The notes under the pieces: generated by a model
Database searches by the model: none
What the model saw: the letters and a program-made list of their open reading frames with translations, nothing else
What the model was told of the DNA's origin: nothing
Program-made: the position numbers and the translations under genes
Shown here: positions 61,284-64,000 of the stretch, piece after piece
How the letters are laid out: each line of letters starts with the position of its first letter
Numbering within the stretch: position 1 is the first letter of the stretch
From: Barthelona sp. PCE
Taxonomy: Eukaryota
Reading direction: 5' to 3'
Assembly: GCA_040285745.1 (NCBI GenBank)
Contig: JAUFOR010000006.1
Coordinates: 372,001 to 436,000, forward strand
Length of the DNA: 64,000 nucleotides

Positions 61284-62033
61284 ATGGGTGAATATGCCAT
61301 AGAGTGGGATGAAAAACAGCGATTAGAAGAAATTGGCGAGGTAGACACTCCTTCAGATTTTTATATGTCAGATAATCTTGATGAACTTTCTGAAGTGGAA
61401 GAGGCACCTGCTCCGTCACCTCTAGCATCTGCGATAAAGAAAAGAGCTGATAAACCAAAGAAACCAAAGGATAATCGATATTTTTCTTTGAAGTGCGATA
61501 TATGTGAATCAAAAGACCATGGAACCAGTGAATGTCCCTTCAACGTACCCAAGGTGTGCTATCTATGTGGTGGACCGCATCCAGCACAAGACTGTGATTT
61601 TATTATATGCAGGAACTGTGGTGAATTCGGTCATCTGAAGAGTAATTGCAAAAATCAAAGAAGACCTGTAATGGACAGATGTCTGTGTGGACAGAGGCAC
61701 TCAACAATGTATTGTAATTATAATGATCATGGTCCACGTAGATCAAAACGTTGTCCTGGACCCCAATTTCAAACTTTTATTACTTGTATGAACTGTGGAG
61801 GTGACCATTTCACATCAATGTGTGGTTCAGAGGGCGAAAGTAATTCTCATTCTAAAAGAAATAACAATAGACATCGTAATGAACGTCAACATCGTAATGA
61901 ACGTAATGAAGGACAAAAACAGAGGAGGAGAAGGAATTCTAGCTCAAAGATAGCTCTTCAGTCGAAATCTAATGGTAAAAACGGTGGTAGGCCGAAACAA
62001 AGGCGTCGTAATAGCAGATCAAATAGTAAATAG
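61284..62033 (+). CDS. CCHC zinc-knuckle protein (Air1/Air2/ZCCHC7-like)
   Basis: About five CX2CX3-4HX4C knuckles (e.g. CRNCGEFGHLKSNC), acidic N-terminus, Arg/Asn-rich tail. Confidence 0.75.
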   Translation: MGEYAIEWDEKQRLEEIGEVDTPSDFYMSDNLDELSEVEEAPAPSPLASAIKKRADKPKKPKDNRYFSLKCDICESKDHGTSECPFNVPKVCYLCGGPHPAQDCDFIICRNCGEFGHLKSNCKNQRRPVMDRCLCGQRHSTMYCNYNDHGPRRSKRCPGPQFQTFITCMNCGGDHFTSMCGSEGESNSHSKRNNNRHRNERQHRNERNEGQKQRRRRNSSSKIALQSKSNGKNGGRPKQRRRNSRSNSK

Positions 62034-62157
62034 TAATCTAATCATTTTCCTGATTTTTAAGCTATCCTTAAACACTCATATAAACTTCTAGCCAAGTTTT
62101 TAGTTTAAAATTAGATATCTAAGAGTTATCATTTTTTCTACCCTTTTTCGTTCTTAA

Positions 62158-63408
62158 ATGTTAAACGAAACACCATTACTCGTAAAGCTAAATCCTTCTA
62201 GACGGAGAAAAGTGGGAAAATCTGCTCCAAAACAGTCAAACAAGTTGATTTCCACAATTCTTTACATAAAATCGTTTGTTGGCATGACTGGAATAAGCGT
62301 GGGCTATTTCTTCTCTAAAGTGGGCGTTATACCTGTATTAACTCTTTACCCAATAATTTTGATAATTTCAATAGTACTTATGAATAATTTGAGCGATGTA
62401 TATCTGAGTATCTGTGAAGAATGGGGTCGAAAACCCCAGAATACAGGTGAGTTTGTGTCTATTCTTAATCCAGTAACCAAGAGAGTATTCGGAGTATCAA
62501 TAATAGCATGCCAGTATTGTTTATGTATGGCATATATTATACTGTTCTGTAACGAACTGAGCTCTCTGATGAATATCACGATTCATTCAATGTTTTTATT
62601 TTGTTCAGTTCCACTCATCCTTATAAATCTTTTTCCTTCATTAGTACAGCTTTCTTTCCTGTCTTTCGTTGGCTCCTTTCTCATTTTCTCGTCAATCCTT
62701 ACTGTTTTTGGTTCTAGTCTATTTGGAGTTCTCGATTACGGTCTTGATGACTATTTTGTTCCTGTTACAAGTGACGTTTCATCACATATCTTTACATTCA
62801 TGGGCGCATGTGTTTTCACATTTGAAGGCACAGCTGTTGTTGTTGTATTGATGAACGCGTTTAAGGAACCTAAATACATTAAAAAACTGAACGTTGGCGT
62901 ACTTACGTTTTTATGTTGTCTTTTCATTGCTACAGGCCTTCTTGTGTACGGTCGTGGTGGAACGAACGTACCTCAAATCGTTCCATTAATGCTAGGTGGT
63001 TTTGCATCTAAATACGTTTTTGCAGCTTCATCTTTTGCTTTGTTTTTAACGCATCCACTGATGGCTGCAACAATATACGATATGTTTGAGAAGAGAACGG
63101 AGAAAGATGCAGATGGTAAGGCTATTCAGCTCCCCCCTGAAGTCAACTTTACATTCATTATTCGAAGAGTTGGTATTGTTGTATCAATGCTCTTCAGTGC
63201 TTATTTGCTTCGTAATCAGTTTGGTAAAGTTAATGGTATTGTCTCATCCTCGTTCGGTTCGTACATAACACTCATTGCACCCGCTCAGATTCATATGAAA
63301 TTCATGAAGAATAATATGACCCCTTTCCAGCGCTTAATTGACTGGATTGGTATCATCCTTGGTGTTATTCTTATTCCCATTGGTACTTGGGAAGCAATTA
63401 TCGAGTAA
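62158..63408 (+). CDS. Amino-acid transporter, AAAP/SLC36-38 family
   Basis: IKSFVGMTG, QYCLCMAYI, GACVFTFEGTAVV, THPL; about 11 TM segments. Confidence 0.88.
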   Translation: MLNETPLLVKLNPSRRRKVGKSAPKQSNKLISTILYIKSFVGMTGISVGYFFSKVGVIPVLTLYPIILIISIVLMNNLSDVYLSICEEWGRKPQNTGEFVSILNPVTKRVFGVSIIACQYCLCMAYIILFCNELSSLMNITIHSMFLFCSVPLILINLFPSLVQLSFLSFVGSFLIFSSILTVFGSSLFGVLDYGLDDYFVPVTSDVSSHIFTFMGACVFTFEGTAVVVVLMNAFKEPKYIKKLNVGVLTFLCCLFIATGLLVYGRGGTNVPQIVPLMLGGFASKYVFAASSFALFLTHPLMAATIYDMFEKRTEKDADGKAIQLPPEVNFTFIIRRVGIVVSMLFSAYLLRNQFGKVNGIVSSSFGSYITLIAPAQIHMKFMKNNMTPFQRLIDWIGIILGVILIPIGTWEAIIE

Positions 63409-63486
63409 AAAAGTATGTAGATAGAGATAACAGTTGTTGATATAAGTGCACCACCTTGTTTATGAAAAGACAACCTCTTTCTTACT

Positions 63487-64000
63487 ATGATTTTTGAAGA
63501 AGGAACTTTGGTATTTGAGGGCCCACAGGGACAATCCATAACTATAGAGGAACCAAACTCATTTCTTATCTCTGGTAACGTACTATACTATCCTTTAAAG
63601 AAGTTCATCGTTGTTGTGAACCCATTGAATGGGTTAGAACAGGTATTTATCCTTGCGCCATCATTGCAAGATGCAACTATTTTGCATGTTGACATATGCT
63701 TTGTATTATTATCTTGTACGGATAGATGTGTGCGCCGTATCAGTGTATCCCCCGATGGCCAGCAATCAGAAACACTGCTGACTATGGATAAAGAAGGTGA
63801 GAAAGTTGTTGCTTGTGCGTGGCAGGGATTATGCATAGTCATGAATGGTGATTCTTTCTTTCTGAATGGATCTAGGTTCTACTCCAAGGACAATGACGAT
63901 GTTCTAGACCACGTAGTATTTCATAGAACACTTCCTTTCTTTGTTTTGTCATTCTCACAGTATGCATTGTTTTTTAAGTTTTCATCTAATGAATTATTAA
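63487..64000 (+). CDS. Beta-propeller-like protein, N-terminal part (runs off window end)
   Basis: Not in ORF track. ATG 63487 MIFEEGTLVFEGPQGQ... open to 64000; VSPDG and VVFHRTLPFFV are WD40-like. Confidence 0.65.
   Translation, partial: MIFEEGTLVFEGPQGQSITIEEPNSFLISGNVLYYPLKKFIVVVNPLNGLEQVFILAPSLQDATILHVDICFVLLSCTDRCVRRISVSPDGQQSETLLTMDKEGEKVVACAWQGLCIVMNGDSFFLNGSRFYSKDNDDVLDHVVFHRTLPFFVLSFSQYALFFKFSSNELL

Noticed and set aside
1-64000. Non-standard genetic code (TAA/TAG = Gln as in hexamitids) or prokaryotic origin
   Set aside because: Conserved proteins end at TAA, TAG and TGA at the expected positions; the gene set and spliceosomal introns are eukaryotic.
1-64000. Transposase, reverse transcriptase or viral genes
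   Set aside because: No such motifs seen; the CCHC protein at 61284 lacks Gag/Pol context.

Overview
Gene-dense, AT-rich, nearly intron-free eukaryotic nuclear DNA that uses the standard genetic code. It most likely comes from a flagellated anaerobic protist. Metamonad affinity is an inference from a presequence-less pyruvate formate-lyase, tiny introns whose branch point is fused to the 3' splice site, and a Giardia-like WGTAAA motif at gene ends. There are about 35 protein genes, including TDP1, a DUF5054/GH38-like hydrolase, an MLF-like protein, a DHYC palmitoyltransferase, a Vnx1-like exchanger, DNAAF3, RINT1/Tip20, SNF5, PFL, PAK, DNPH1, a Cdc25/Acr2-like rhodanese, RPS13, CCP5, Snu13, an Air-like zinc-knuckle protein, an amino-acid transporter and a 2914-aa surface protein. 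One tRNA-Arg(ACG) and three in-frame-verified introns of 39-41 nt (missed by the ORF track) are also present. The least explained signals are: four structured non-coding segments (11.65-11.88 kb, upstream of PFL, downstream of RPS13, downstream of Snu13); a lineage-specific family of 630-770-aa beta-rich orphan proteins, one with a GTG start; and two apparently inactive PARP-fold proteins. All family calls come from motif recognition by eye, not database searches.
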